A DNA stretch of 64,000 nucleotides. Origin: Chloroflexota bacterium. GTDB taxonomy: Bacteria > Chloroflexota > Limnocylindria > Limnocylindrales > CSP1-4. Positions 1 through 8,682 of this stretch are shown one piece after another. Position 1 is the first letter of the stretch. Each line of letters begins with the position of its first letter. The DNA lies in assembly GCA_003169735.1 (NCBI GenBank), contig PNAP01000007.1, positions 43,738-107,737 of the forward strand. Direction: 5' to 3'. Below the pieces are notes generated by a model. It was not told where the DNA came from, searched no databases, and worked only from the letters and a program-made list of their open reading frames with translations. The position numbers and the translations under genes are program-made.

Positions 1-5
1 CTCGA

Positions 6-434
6 GTGAGCGCGGTTGGTATCAACAGCATGACAACGAACGGCCACGACGCGATTCGACGTCCGATGGCTATGATGACGTCCATGCCATCAACCCCAGC
101 GCCACGGACAAAGGCCGCGGCGCGGATCCTCACCTACGCGCGACGGCGGGCCGGCTTGACGCAGCGCGCCCTGGCCGAGAAGTCAGGTGTGCCGCAGGAG
201 ACGATCGCCCGCATCGAATCGACCCGCCAGTCGCCGCGCTTCGACACGCTCGTCCACCTGCTCAACGTCTGTGGCTTCGAACTCGAGGTAGAAGCGAAGA
301 AAGGCATCGGCGTGGACAAGAGCCTGATCGACTCGATGCTGAGCCGCGATCAGGTGACGCGGGCCCGTTCCGCATCCGCCTCGAATGACCTCAACATCCG
401 GATGATGCGCAGCGTTCGTCGGGTAGCGGAATGA
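6..434 (+). CDS. XRE-family helix-turn-helix transcriptional regulator (possible antitoxin)
   Basis: HTH_XRE signature 'LTQRALAEKSGVPQETIARIE'. Protein ~110-140 aa. Several in-frame ATGs, so the true start is uncertain. Stop overlaps the next gene's start (ATGA at 431-434). The window opens with a CTCGAG site, so upstream context is missing. Confidence 0.6.
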   Translation: MSAVGINSMTTNGHDAIRRPMAMMTSMPSTPAPRTKAAARILTYARRRAGLTQRALAEKSGVPQETIARIESTRQSPRFDTLVHLLNVCGFELEVEAKKGIGVDKSLIDSMLSRDQVTRARSASASNDLNIRMMRSVRRVAE

Positions 435-952
435 CGGAGCACCAGTCTGAGGGCCCGTTCCAGGCAGTTCCGCTGCTTGACGTGCTGATTCGCCACCATG
501 TTCGGTTCGTAGTTATCGGTGGGTTCGCGGCCCAGTTGATCGGCTCGCCGCTGGTCACGTTCGACCTGGACGTTTGCTATGCCCGCGATCGCGAGAACCT
601 GGATGCCATGGCCTTGGCCCTCCGTGAGCTGCGAGCGACCCTTCGGGGCGCGCCTGCCGACTTGCCCTTCAGGCTCGATTCCAAGACGCTCGCGAACGGG
701 GATTCGTTCACGTTCGATACGCGTCTGGGTTCGTTCGACATCCTTGGCACGCCAACGGGAACCGCGGGTTTCGACGAACTCAATGCAGCCGCCGATTGGG
801 TCGAGATCGGGGCCGCTCGAGTGCGTGTCGCGTCGATCGACGACTTGATCCGCATGAAGCGTGCCGCGGGCCGGGTGAAGGACCGCGTCCACCTCGAGGA
901 TCTCGGCGCGCTTCGGGATCAGCTCGACAGGATCGACCGGGCGAAGCCGTAG
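431..952 (+). CDS. nucleotidyltransferase-fold protein (minimal NTase, 173 aa)
   Basis: 'VIGGFAAQLIGSPLVTFDLDV' fits the hG[GS]...DxD NTase active-site pattern. The C-terminal 'SIDDLIRMKRAAGRVKDRVHLEDL' is typical of small NTase toxin/antitoxin-like proteins. 4-bp overlap with the upstream HTH gene. Confidence 0.55.
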   Translation: MTEHQSEGPFQAVPLLDVLIRHHVRFVVIGGFAAQLIGSPLVTFDLDVCYARDRENLDAMALALRELRATLRGAPADLPFRLDSKTLANGDSFTFDTRLGSFDILGTPTGTAGFDELNAAADWVEIGAARVRVASIDDLIRMKRAAGRVKDRVHLEDLGALRDQLDRIDRAKP

Positions 953-955
953 GAG

Positions 956-2053
956 TCAGGCGGTAGCGGGCGCCGCCGGTTCGGGGCTGACCTGGGCGTC
1001 GGCCAGCTGGGTCTGGAGGTTCGTCAGGCTGCCGCCGAACAGCTCGGCGACGATGCCCTTGGCGACGGCCCAGATGGCATCGGAGTCCTCCGACTTCAGT
1101 CCGGCGACGTAGAGGGTGACCTGTGTGCCTGCCGGGGTGGGCGCAAGGTCGAAGGTCGAGATCATCGGGCCCATCTGGGTCGTCGACATCAGCGTCACGC
1201 TCTCGAACGGGCGCCACTCGAGGACCTCTTCGATGACGGCGTCCTTCCCGTGGATGCAGTGGTTCGTGGTCCCGACACCAGCGCGGCCGTCGGCGTTCGA
1301 TTGGTCGACGCGGATGACGCCGACCTGCCATCTCGGGCGGAGGCGTGGCGACGTGATCCATTCCCAGACCACGGGCGGCGAGGCGGCCATGTCACGGTCC
1401 ATGCGCATCCAGGCAGAATCGTCATCGAGGTGGTGCTGAGCGCGCAATTCCTCGGCCACCCAGCGGGCGCCGAGATCCTCGACGAAGCCCTCGACGGTGC
1501 CGACGTCGTACTCCTCGGTGTGCGGGAGCATCCCGAGCCGCGGGCAGTCGAGCCCCAATGCCTCGACGGATTCCTTCGTGAGCAGCGCGTAGGCGCGGAG
1601 GCCACGCTGCTCGACGACGTGGTTCTTGAGCAGCCGATGGACGGCGATGACGTCGCTGCCGGCAAGGTTCTCCCGACCACCGACGGTCTGGCGGACGGCC
1701 TGCCCGGCGTGGACGACGAACTTCAAGTCGAGCTTCGGGATGAGGATGCACGCGTTGCACTGGCAACTCGTCGCCTGGGAGACATCGCGGAGGCGGCGGC
1801 GGAAGGCGAAGTAGCAGGCATCGATGGTGTCGAGGAGCTGCGGACCACTCATCGTGGGCGTCGGTGCGAAGACGAAGCACGCATCGCCTTCGACGGCGAC
1901 CAGGGTGAACGGGGGCGCCAGGCGGCCGATCACGGTCTCGATCAGGTCGGTCAGGACGTCCTGGGCGTGATCGAGCTCGGTGCCGGCGAGGTAGCTCGTG
2001 TAGCCGGAGATGTCGGCGATCAGCAGGACGACGGGTTCGGGGGCGCGGAGCAT
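956..2053 (-). CDS. class III adenylate/guanylate cyclase-like domain fused to an SRPBCC (polyketide cyclase-like) domain
   Basis: N-terminus 'VVLLIADISGYTSYL...VAVEGDACFVF' resembles the cyclase DIxGFT...GD..F pattern. The C-terminal half resembles SRPBCC ligand-binding domains. The 365-aa ORF is coherent; its plus-strand overlaps look like shadow ORFs. Confidence 0.55.
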   Translation of the reverse strand: MLRAPEPVVLLIADISGYTSYLAGTELDHAQDVLTDLIETVIGRLAPPFTLVAVEGDACFVFAPTPTMSGPQLLDTIDACYFAFRRRLRDVSQATSCQCNACILIPKLDLKFVVHAGQAVRQTVGGRENLAGSDVIAVHRLLKNHVVEQRGLRAYALLTKESVEALGLDCPRLGMLPHTEEYDVGTVEGFVEDLGARWVAEELRAQHHLDDDSAWMRMDRDMAASPPVVWEWITSPRLRPRWQVGVIRVDQSNADGRAGVGTTNHCIHGKDAVIEEVLEWRPFESVTLMSTTQMGPMISTFDLAPTPAGTQVTLYVAGLKSEDSDAIWAVAKGIVAELFGGSLTNLQTQLADAQVSPEPAAPATA

Positions 2054-2065
2054 TTCCCTCTGACT

Positions 2066-5000
2066 CTAGGCGAGGCCGACGGGCGTGGCAAGGTCGGACG
2101 GTCGGTCGACGTCCCGGAGTGATCGAGCCTCAGCATCGAATACGCGCCAATCGGCCTCCGGGATGACTCGGAGTGCCAGCACCTGCTGGAGAGCGCGGAG
2201 GCTCGATTCCCCGGACGCCGCCAGATCGGAGGCCGCGGCGACGGCGGCGCTGCGGTCAAGGACGATGGGGAGGCGCTGGATCTGGCCGGACGATTCGAGC
2301 ACGACGCCCTGATCGACGTCATAGCGGTAGCTCCCGTCGGGAGCGGCGAGCCGCTGGAGCATGGCGCGGATGACGGCGGTTTCCACCCACGGCATGTCGC
2401 CGGCGATGACGGCGAGGAGCGGCCCCGTCGCCCGCTCGGCACCGGCGGCGAGTCCGGCCAGTGGCCCGGCGAACGGCTGCGGATCGAGCACGACACGGAT
2501 CGGCACGGGCAGGTCGTCGGGGAGCGGCACGGACAGGCCGCCGGCCGGCCCGACGACGATGACCTCGCGGCAGACATTGGCAAGCGCGCGAATCGCATGG
2601 TGGAGGAGCGGCCGGCCATCGAGCGGCTCCGCCATCTTGTCGCGGCCGAAGCGTCGAGAGCGGCCGCCCGCCAGGACGATGCCGGACGAGGCCGGGGTCA
2701 GATGCCTCGGTGCCGGCGACGGCTCTGCGGAGCGGCGGCGACGGAGCGTCGCGGCGGCCGCGGCGGTCGCTGCGGGCGCGGTTGCGACGGGCACGACCTC
2801 GACCACCGCGTTGTAGTCCGGGACCAACGCGACCGGATCCCGCCGGCCGGGCGCGATGAGCGGATTCGCCTCCGGGAAGAACATCTGCACGTTGCCGGGC
2901 CGGATCTCGGCAAGGGTGATCCGCGCCGCGACCTCGCCCGTCTCGGACCGCACCACGACCCGGTCTCCCTCGGCCAGACCGAGCGCTCGGGCGTCCGAAT
3001 CGGCCATGAACAGCGCATCGCGCTCCCCGCCCGTCAGGGGATCGCGCGCCTTCCAGACCATCGAGTTGAACTGCTTGCCGCGGCGGGTAGCCAGCAGGAA
3101 GCGCCCGGGCTGGAGCTCGACCTCGCGGGGTCGGACGGTGGCGAAATGAGCCTTGCCATCGGCCGTCGGGAAGATCCAGCCGTCGCATAGCCGCTCGCCA
3201 CCCCACTGGATCGCGTCGCCGGTCTTGGCCAGGTGCTGGATGCCGTCGTAGAACGGCACGATGCGTGCGATCTCCTCGCGGATCGCCTGGGCCGATTCGA
3301 AATGGCAGAGGGTGGCCGCCCGCTCGGGATCCACCCGGTGCGCCAGCTCCAGCAGCGACTCCCACTCGCTGCGTGCCTCGCCGACCTGTGGGTGGGCAAG
3401 CTCCGGCGAGAACGCCACGCGGCGCTCGGTGGTCGTTTCGGTGCCGCCGCCGGGCTGCTCATAGCGGGTCGTGGCCGGCAGGAGCAGCACCTCCTCGCCC
3501 GGGTCGATGAGCATCTGCGAGCTGACCATGATGTCCTGGTGGACGCGCAGCGGGACGCGCTCCAGGGCCCTCGCGACGTCCGCCGGATCGGGCAGCGTCT
3601 CGAGGAAGTTGCCACCCACCGACCAGAGCACGTCCAGCTCGCCGCGGCCGGCGGCCTCGACCATCTCGGCGGCTGAGCGGCCGCGCTCGCCGCGGAGCGG
3701 GAACCCCCAGCGCGCGCCGAGGTCCGCGGCCGCGTCTTCGGTGATCGGCACACCGCCCGGGAAGACGGTCGCGTACGCGCCCATCTCGGCGCCGCCCTGC
3801 ACGCCGGAGTGGCCGCGAATGGGCATCAGTCCCGTGCCCGGCCGCCCGACATTGCCGCGCGCCAGTGCCAGGTTCATGATCGCCGACACGTTGTCCGTGC
3901 CGCAGACGTGCTGCGTGATGCCCATCGACCAGACGAAGACGGCCGTCTTCGCCGCCGCGTACATGGTCGCGAACCGGCGGATGTCGTCGACGGTGGCGCC
4001 ACTCCAGCGGGCCAGATCCGTGAGCGGGGTCCGCGCCAGCTCCTCGCGCAGATCCTGCCAGCCGTCGGTGTGGCGGGCGATGAAGTCCTCATCGACCGCG
4101 CCCGGGCCGCCATCCTCGATGAGCACCTTCAGCACGCCGTTCAGGAACGCGATGTCGCCGCCGATGTTGACCGGGAAGAACTCGTCGGTGATCTTCGTGC
4201 CGAAGATGGCGCTCTCCGGGTTCGATGGCACCCAGTAGTGCTCGAGGCCCGGCTCGCGGAACGGGTTGACGACGGCGACCTTGCCGCCGCGCTTCTTGGC
4301 CATGTAGAGGTACTTCATGAAGACGGGCTGCGCGTTGGCGACGTCCGAGCCGAAGAGGACGGTCAAGTCTGATTCGATGACGTCCCGGTAGGAGCAGGTG
4401 GTGGCAGCCACACCCAGCGCATGCTTGAGCGCCCCGGTCGACGGCGCGTGGCAGATGCGGGCCGCGTTGTCGATGCTGTTCGTGCCGAAGAAACGCGCGA
4501 CTTTCTGGGCGACGTAGTAGGTCTCGTTGGTGAGGCCGCGCGCGGTGAGGTAGAAGCCGAGGCGGTCGTCGCCGGGCATCGTGGCCGCGGCCGGGTCAGT
4601 CGGCGGGGTGCTCGCGGCCCTCGCCCGGACGATCCGGTCCGCCACCAGGTCGAGCGCCTCCGGCCAGGAGATGCGCCGAAACCCGAGTTCACCGCGCCGC
4701 CGGAGCATCGGGTACGGCAACCGCCCGAGCTTTCGCAGGCTTGCACTGTCGAGCTCGCGCAGGTTGTCGACCACGGCCAGCCGCTCGGGGTCGAGCGGGC
4801 CCATCGTGTTGACCTGGAGCAGGTTGAGGCGCGTCGTGCAGAGATGGACGCCGTCCATCGTCCAGTCCTTGAAGCCGGCCACGCCGAGCGCGCATCCGTC
4901 GCACACGCCCTTGCGCAGGATCCGCCACGCGTACGGCAGATGGCGCCAGTTCTCGCGGACGGTGCGCGCCATCTCCCAGTAGTGATTCGGCTTCTGCCGG

Positions 5001-5245
5001 TCGAGTCCGTTCGGCACGAGCCCGACCCACAGGCGCGGATCGATCCGGCGAGCCTTCTTGCGCGGCGGTCGCAGGGAGACGCGCGGATCCGCGTTGGGCA
5101 GGGCCTCGGCGGCGGGCGGGGGTTCGTGCGGATCGGGCCCGTGCTGCTCGGTGGTCATCGCCTCCGAGTATGCATGCGCGTATCGGGTCGCGGCCTCAGC
5201 GCCCGGCGCCTCGCCGCGAAGCGAAGAGCCGCGTTCCGGCGGCAT
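2066..5245 (-). CDS. FdhF/YdeP-family molybdopterin (bis-MGD) oxidoreductase fused at its C-terminus to a MobA-like molybdenum-cofactor guanylyltransferase domain
   Basis: N-terminal 4Fe-4S motif 'CDGCALGVAGFKDWTMDGVHLC' and the downstream molybdopterin-oxidoreductase body (~800 aa) match YdeP/FdhF-type enzymes. After an Ala-rich linker, the last ~230 aa ('IVLAGGRSRRFGRDKMAEPLDGRPLL...') match MobA (plus-strand coordinates ~2066-2760). It is a single uninterrupted ORF. Confidence 0.8.
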   Translation of the reverse strand: MPPERGSSLRGEAPGAEAATRYAHAYSEAMTTEQHGPDPHEPPPAAEALPNADPRVSLRPPRKKARRIDPRLWVGLVPNGLDRQKPNHYWEMARTVRENWRHLPYAWRILRKGVCDGCALGVAGFKDWTMDGVHLCTTRLNLLQVNTMGPLDPERLAVVDNLRELDSASLRKLGRLPYPMLRRRGELGFRRISWPEALDLVADRIVRARAASTPPTDPAAATMPGDDRLGFYLTARGLTNETYYVAQKVARFFGTNSIDNAARICHAPSTGALKHALGVAATTCSYRDVIESDLTVLFGSDVANAQPVFMKYLYMAKKRGGKVAVVNPFREPGLEHYWVPSNPESAIFGTKITDEFFPVNIGGDIAFLNGVLKVLIEDGGPGAVDEDFIARHTDGWQDLREELARTPLTDLARWSGATVDDIRRFATMYAAAKTAVFVWSMGITQHVCGTDNVSAIMNLALARGNVGRPGTGLMPIRGHSGVQGGAEMGAYATVFPGGVPITEDAAADLGARWGFPLRGERGRSAAEMVEAAGRGELDVLWSVGGNFLETLPDPADVARALERVPLRVHQDIMVSSQMLIDPGEEVLLLPATTRYEQPGGGTETTTERRVAFSPELAHPQVGEARSEWESLLELAHRVDPERAATLCHFESAQAIREEIARIVPFYDGIQHLAKTGDAIQWGGERLCDGWIFPTADGKAHFATVRPREVELQPGRFLLATRRGKQFNSMVWKARDPLTGGERDALFMADSDARALGLAEGDRVVVRSETGEVAARITLAEIRPGNVQMFFPEANPLIAPGRRDPVALVPDYNAVVEVVPVATAPAATAAAAATLRRRRSAEPSPAPRHLTPASSGIVLAGGRSRRFGRDKMAEPLDGRPLLHHAIRALANVCREVIVVGPAGGLSVPLPDDLPVPIRVVLDPQPFAGPLAGLAAGAERATGPLLAVIAGDMPWVETAVIRAMLQRLAAPDGSYRYDVDQGVVLESSGQIQRLPIVLDRSAAVAAASDLAASGESSLRALQQVLALRVIPEADWRVFDAEARSLRDVDRPSDLATPVGLA

Positions 5246-5600
5246 CGCACCAGATCAGGCGGGCCTCCTCGGGCATGGGCGCCGCCGCACCGGCTGCATG
5301 GGTGCCGGCAGACGCAGTCAGCGGCTTACGTCACCTCGACGCGAATCTGGCCAATCGGATGTCGTCCTTGTCGACCGATCTGGTTCACCTGACCCATGCA
5401 CCCGGTACGCCCAGCCACAAGCCTTGACTCCGCCCGTCCTTGAGCGAGCCGACCGGCGTAGAACCATTCGTTCACGCTGGCAGCACCCATGCAGGCGGTA
5501 CACCGCCGGTCAAACCGCGGCACGTGGTCAATCCGATCTCGGCCGACGGGCCGCGAAGAGTCGAGTTGATGCCGCGTCGCACCAGATCAGGCCCGGGTCG
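5215..5600. repeat. cluster of short dispersed/inverted repeats (left flank of the XRE gene)
   Basis: Direct repeat of ~50 bp ('gccgcgaagag...gcgtcgcaccagatcaggc') at ~5215-5265 and ~5549-5600. Motif 'cccatgca(g/c)(g/c)cggtac' at ~5393 and ~5484, and its reverse complement 'ccggctgcatgggtgccgg' at ~5290. Confidence 0.6.
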
Positions 5601-6319
5601 ATAGGTGGCTCGGTGCCGAGCGTCAGTGCACGCAGCCACCCGACCGAGGAGCCTGGGAAACGCGTGGCGAAGATTTCGGGGTAGCGCGCCAGGAGCGAGC
5701 GGTTTCGGGCGAGGTCTCGGACGACCCAGCAGACACCGACTCGAAATGGCTCGCCTGCCCCGACCCCGATGGCGAGCGCCCCTGCCTCGGCGCGCTTCCG
5801 TTCCGACGCGCGCGTGGCTCCGCCGACATTGACGAGCGTATTGATGCATTCGACAAGGACGAGCCAGCGGCTCCTGATGTTGATGAGGCCAACATCGGTC
5901 GATCTCGATGGGTCGTCTGGCTTGGTCGAAAGTTCGAAACGTCGAACGTAGCCGGCCGGCTTGGCAGTTCTCATCACCAGCTCCTGGATGCGGAGGTGGC
6001 CGGCATCGACGGGTTCCTCGTTCGGGTCGCGCGACAGATCGATGCGCAGAGCGATGCCCAGAGCGACGGCCATCCGTTGCCAGGTGTCCACAGTGTGTCC
6101 ACCGCCGCGGCCGAGTTCGAGGTCACTGATCGTGGTCTGCGAGAGGCCGGATCGCGCACCGAGTCGCGCCTGTGTCCAGCGCCGCCGCTGACGAGCGGCG
6201 CGGATGGCGCCACCGAGTCGTCCCAATTGCTCAGCATTGCGCCGACGGGCCTCGGCGGCGAGTTCGATAGGCTTGAGCTTGACCATACCGGCTGCATGGT
6301 TACCGACTGGCCTTACCAT
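5528..6319 (-). CDS. XRE-family HTH regulator with a ~150-aa C-terminal domain
   Basis: 'WTQARLGARSGLSQTTISDLELGRG' is an HTH_XRE motif. The last ~20 codons lie inside a ~50-bp sequence that is repeated upstream of the fdhF-like gene. Confidence 0.6.
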   Translation of the reverse strand: MVRPVGNHAAGMVKLKPIELAAEARRRNAEQLGRLGGAIRAARQRRRWTQARLGARSGLSQTTISDLELGRGGGHTVDTWQRMAVALGIALRIDLSRDPNEEPVDAGHLRIQELVMRTAKPAGYVRRFELSTKPDDPSRSTDVGLINIRSRWLVLVECINTLVNVGGATRASERKRAEAGALAIGVGAGEPFRVGVCWVVRDLARNRSLLARYPEIFATRFPGSSVGWLRALTLGTEPPIDPGLIWCDAASTRLFAARRPRSD

Positions 6320-6500
6320 CCGATTAGCTGCGGATCACCCCCGACTTGACCGGCTGCCCGGCGGGCTTACGGCTGATTTCTGGCGTCCTACCCGTGCAGT
6401 CGGTGCTGGGTCGCCGAAGGCGCTCGGTGGCCGACCGCGCAAGCCGCCTCGATCGGCTAGTGGCGGCGGTTCACGCTTGCAGCACCCATGCAGTCGGTAC
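6290..6500. repeat. same repeat family (right flank of the XRE gene)
   Basis: 'ccggctgcatggttaccg' at ~6291 and 'ttcacgcttgcagcacccatgcagtcggtac' at ~6467. The latter is a near-identical direct copy of 'ttcacgctggcagcacccatgcaggcggtac' at ~5470. Confidence 0.55.
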
Positions 6501-6587
6501 GACTCGGCCGAAGGATCGACTGGTACCGGCCGGAAAGTGGGAGAAGGTGGGCAGAGCTCCCGTCGCCGCTGTCGAGGGACCGCTTGG

Positions 6588-6688
6588 CAGCCGAGGATAG
6601 CCGGGGCAAGGCACCGCCGAGGGACTGCATCGTGGTCGGCCGCGGCCGAGGATCGCCGGGGCGGCGGCCAGGGATCGCCGGGGCGGCC
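6588..6688. repeat. three copies of a ~20-bp GC-rich motif (GCCGAGGATCGCCGGGGCGGC), two of them in tandem
   Basis: Copies at 6590-6607 ('gccgaggatagccggggc'), 6645-6665 and 6666-6687. The last two abut each other. Located 270-370 bp upstream of the XRE gene start and immediately 3' of the fdhD stop. Confidence 0.55.
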
Positions 6689-6703
6689 GAGAGCCACTCC
6701 GCG

Positions 6704-7576
6704 CTACCCGTTGAGGTCGATGCGCTCGCGGCCGGTGTAGATGTTGAAGCGGTCGGCGCGGAGGAAGCCGATCAGGGTCAGATTCAGACGAGCGGCGGTG
6801 GCGACGGCGAGTGCCGATGGGGCCGACACGGCCGCCAGGATCGGGATCCCGGCCATCGCGGCTTTCTGGACGATCTCGAACGAGACTCGGCCGGAGACGA
6901 GCAACACGTCGCCGCTGAGTGGCACGCGGCCGGCCAACGCCATCGCGCCGATCAACTTGTCCAGGGCGTTGTGGCGGCCGACATCTTCGTGCAGCGCGAC
7001 CAACTCACCCGCGGGCGTGAAAAGCGCCGACGCGTGGAGTCCACCGGTCGATTCGAACACCGACTGCGCCGCGCGCATCGACCCCGGGAGGCCGATGAGC
7101 ACGGATCGACCGACGACCAGACCCGGCCCGAGCGGCGAGCAGCGAGCGGCGATGTCGTCGATCGAGGCTTTGCCGCAGATCCCGCAACTCGCCGTCGCCA
7201 CGAAATTCCGCTCGGCCACGCGCGAGGCATCGAAGGCACCGGCAAGGCGGACCGTGATCTCGTTCTCGGGCTGAGCCATCCGCGCCGGGTCACCCGCCTC
7301 GAATCGGGCGCCGGCGAGGTCGGTCGGGCGAACCAGTCCCTCGGACACGAGGAAGCCGGCCGCCAGCTCCCGTTCCGCACCCGGGGTTCGCATCGTGACC
7401 GCGACATCGACCGGGTCGTGGCCCGGCCCGCAGGCGCGGATCTCGAGCGGCTCCTCTCCGACCAGGCGCTCGTCGCGTTCCACCGATATCTCGCCCGAGA
7501 CGGCCAGGACACGCGCGGTGCCGGTCGTCCGCAACCAGCCAGCAAGCGGATCGTCGGGCAGATGGGCGGCGGCCAT
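6704..7576 (-). CDS. fdhD: formate dehydrogenase accessory sulfurtransferase FdhD
   Basis: 'SCGICGK' catalytic-cysteine motif and 'GRHNALDK' are FdhD hallmarks. Length 290 aa. Confidence 0.9.
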   Translation of the reverse strand: MAAAHLPDDPLAGWLRTTGTARVLAVSGEISVERDERLVGEEPLEIRACGPGHDPVDVAVTMRTPGAERELAAGFLVSEGLVRPTDLAGARFEAGDPARMAQPENEITVRLAGAFDASRVAERNFVATASCGICGKASIDDIAARCSPLGPGLVVGRSVLIGLPGSMRAAQSVFESTGGLHASALFTPAGELVALHEDVGRHNALDKLIGAMALAGRVPLSGDVLLVSGRVSFEIVQKAAMAGIPILAAVSAPSALAVATAARLNLTLIGFLRADRFNIYTGRERIDLNG

Positions 7577-8655
7577 CAGCCCGGTGCGACGAACGGCCGA
7601 AGTACCTCGACGGCGGCGTCGATGGCCGCATCGGTCGTGTAGACGTGCGGCGCCAAGCGGATCGCGGTGCCGCGGACGGAAGCTCGGATACCGGCCGCCG
7701 CTAACGCCGCACGCACCGCATCGGGATCTCGGACCGGGACGCAGACGAGCGTGGAGGCCGGTTCGGGTTGGCCGAGGGCTCGCGTCAACCGCGAGGCAAG
7801 CTCCGGGACGCGTGCCAACTCACCGGTCGCCTGCCACTCCGCGATGAGGCGCAGCGATTCGCGCGCCCCGACCCACGGCAACCATGCGAGGGAAACGTCG
7901 AAGCGGGCAGCGCCCGAGCCGAGGGTGAGCGGGCCACCGAAGTACCGCCCGTACGGCTGGTCCGCCGCACGCCAGTTGGCCGCAAGCGGCGAGACGGTGT
8001 CTGCTGCGTCGGCCGAGATGGACATGAATGCCACGCCACGCGGCGAGAGGAGATGCTTGTACGCCGCACAGACCAGGTAGTCGGCCGCCGCGAGATCTTC
8101 ACCCGCCCGGAGGAACGGCAGCGCCTGGGTGATATCGACGAGCACCCTTGCCCCGACCGCGTGTGCCCGTTCCACGATCGATGCGAGATCGGCCCGCTTG
8201 CCGGTCTGCATCTGGACGAGGCTGAACGCGACGAGCGTGGTCGTGGGCCGGACAGCTTCGGCCAAGGTCGCGAACGGCACCTCCCGCACCGCCGTCCCGC
8301 GCTCAGCGGCGACCAGCAGCGGGAACAGCACGGACGTGAACTCGTCGGCCGGGACGACGACCTCGTCTCGTGCCGTCAGCGCGGCCGCCACCATCCCGAC
8401 GCCGACCGAGACCGCGGGCAGCAACGCCACGTCCGCAGCGGCCACGCCGCACAGTGCCGCGAATGGGGTACGCGTCTCATCGGCCGGCCGATCCCAATCA
8501 GCGATCCAGTCCGCGCGGCCACCCTGCCACGCATCCAGAGCGTGCCGCATGGCGGCGATCGTCGCCCGCGGCGGCAATCCGTAGCTGGCCGAATCGAGGT
8601 AGATCAGCCCGGTCGTGGGCTCGAAGGCTTCGGCCGGTGTAGTCGCGGTGCCCAT
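7576..8655 (-). CDS. aminotransferase class V-fold PLP-dependent enzyme (cysteine desulfurase-like)
   Basis: Class-V fold, with a putative PLP-lysine region 'LVCAAYKHLLSPRG'. Its stop abuts or overlaps the fdhD start at 7576. Confidence 0.75.
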   Translation of the reverse strand: MGTATTPAEAFEPTTGLIYLDSASYGLPPRATIAAMRHALDAWQGGRADWIADWDRPADETRTPFAALCGVAAADVALLPAVSVGVGMVAAALTARDEVVVPADEFTSVLFPLLVAAERGTAVREVPFATLAEAVRPTTTLVAFSLVQMQTGKRADLASIVERAHAVGARVLVDITQALPFLRAGEDLAAADYLVCAAYKHLLSPRGVAFMSISADAADTVSPLAANWRAADQPYGRYFGGPLTLGSGAARFDVSLAWLPWVGARESLRLIAEWQATGELARVPELASRLTRALGQPEPASTLVCVPVRDPDAVRAALAAAGIRASVRGTAIRLAPHVYTTDAAIDAAVEVLRPFVAPG

Positions 8656-8682
8656 CAGCGTCGATTATCGTGGACGGCGATG

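Noticed and set aside
1-6. CTCGAG (XhoI site) exactly at the window start
   Set aside because: Probably coincidental or a cloning/assembly boundary. No biological inference is possible.
780-5392. Numerous long Arg/Pro/Ala-rich ORFs overlapping the cyclase and fdhF-like genes on both strands (e.g. 780..1361, 1250..2122, 2319..3365, 3034..3753, 4421..5392)
   Set aside because: Typical high-GC shadow frames. Their compositions are low-complexity (R/P/A/G) with no motifs, and in each case the overlapping frame encodes a protein with clear family signatures.
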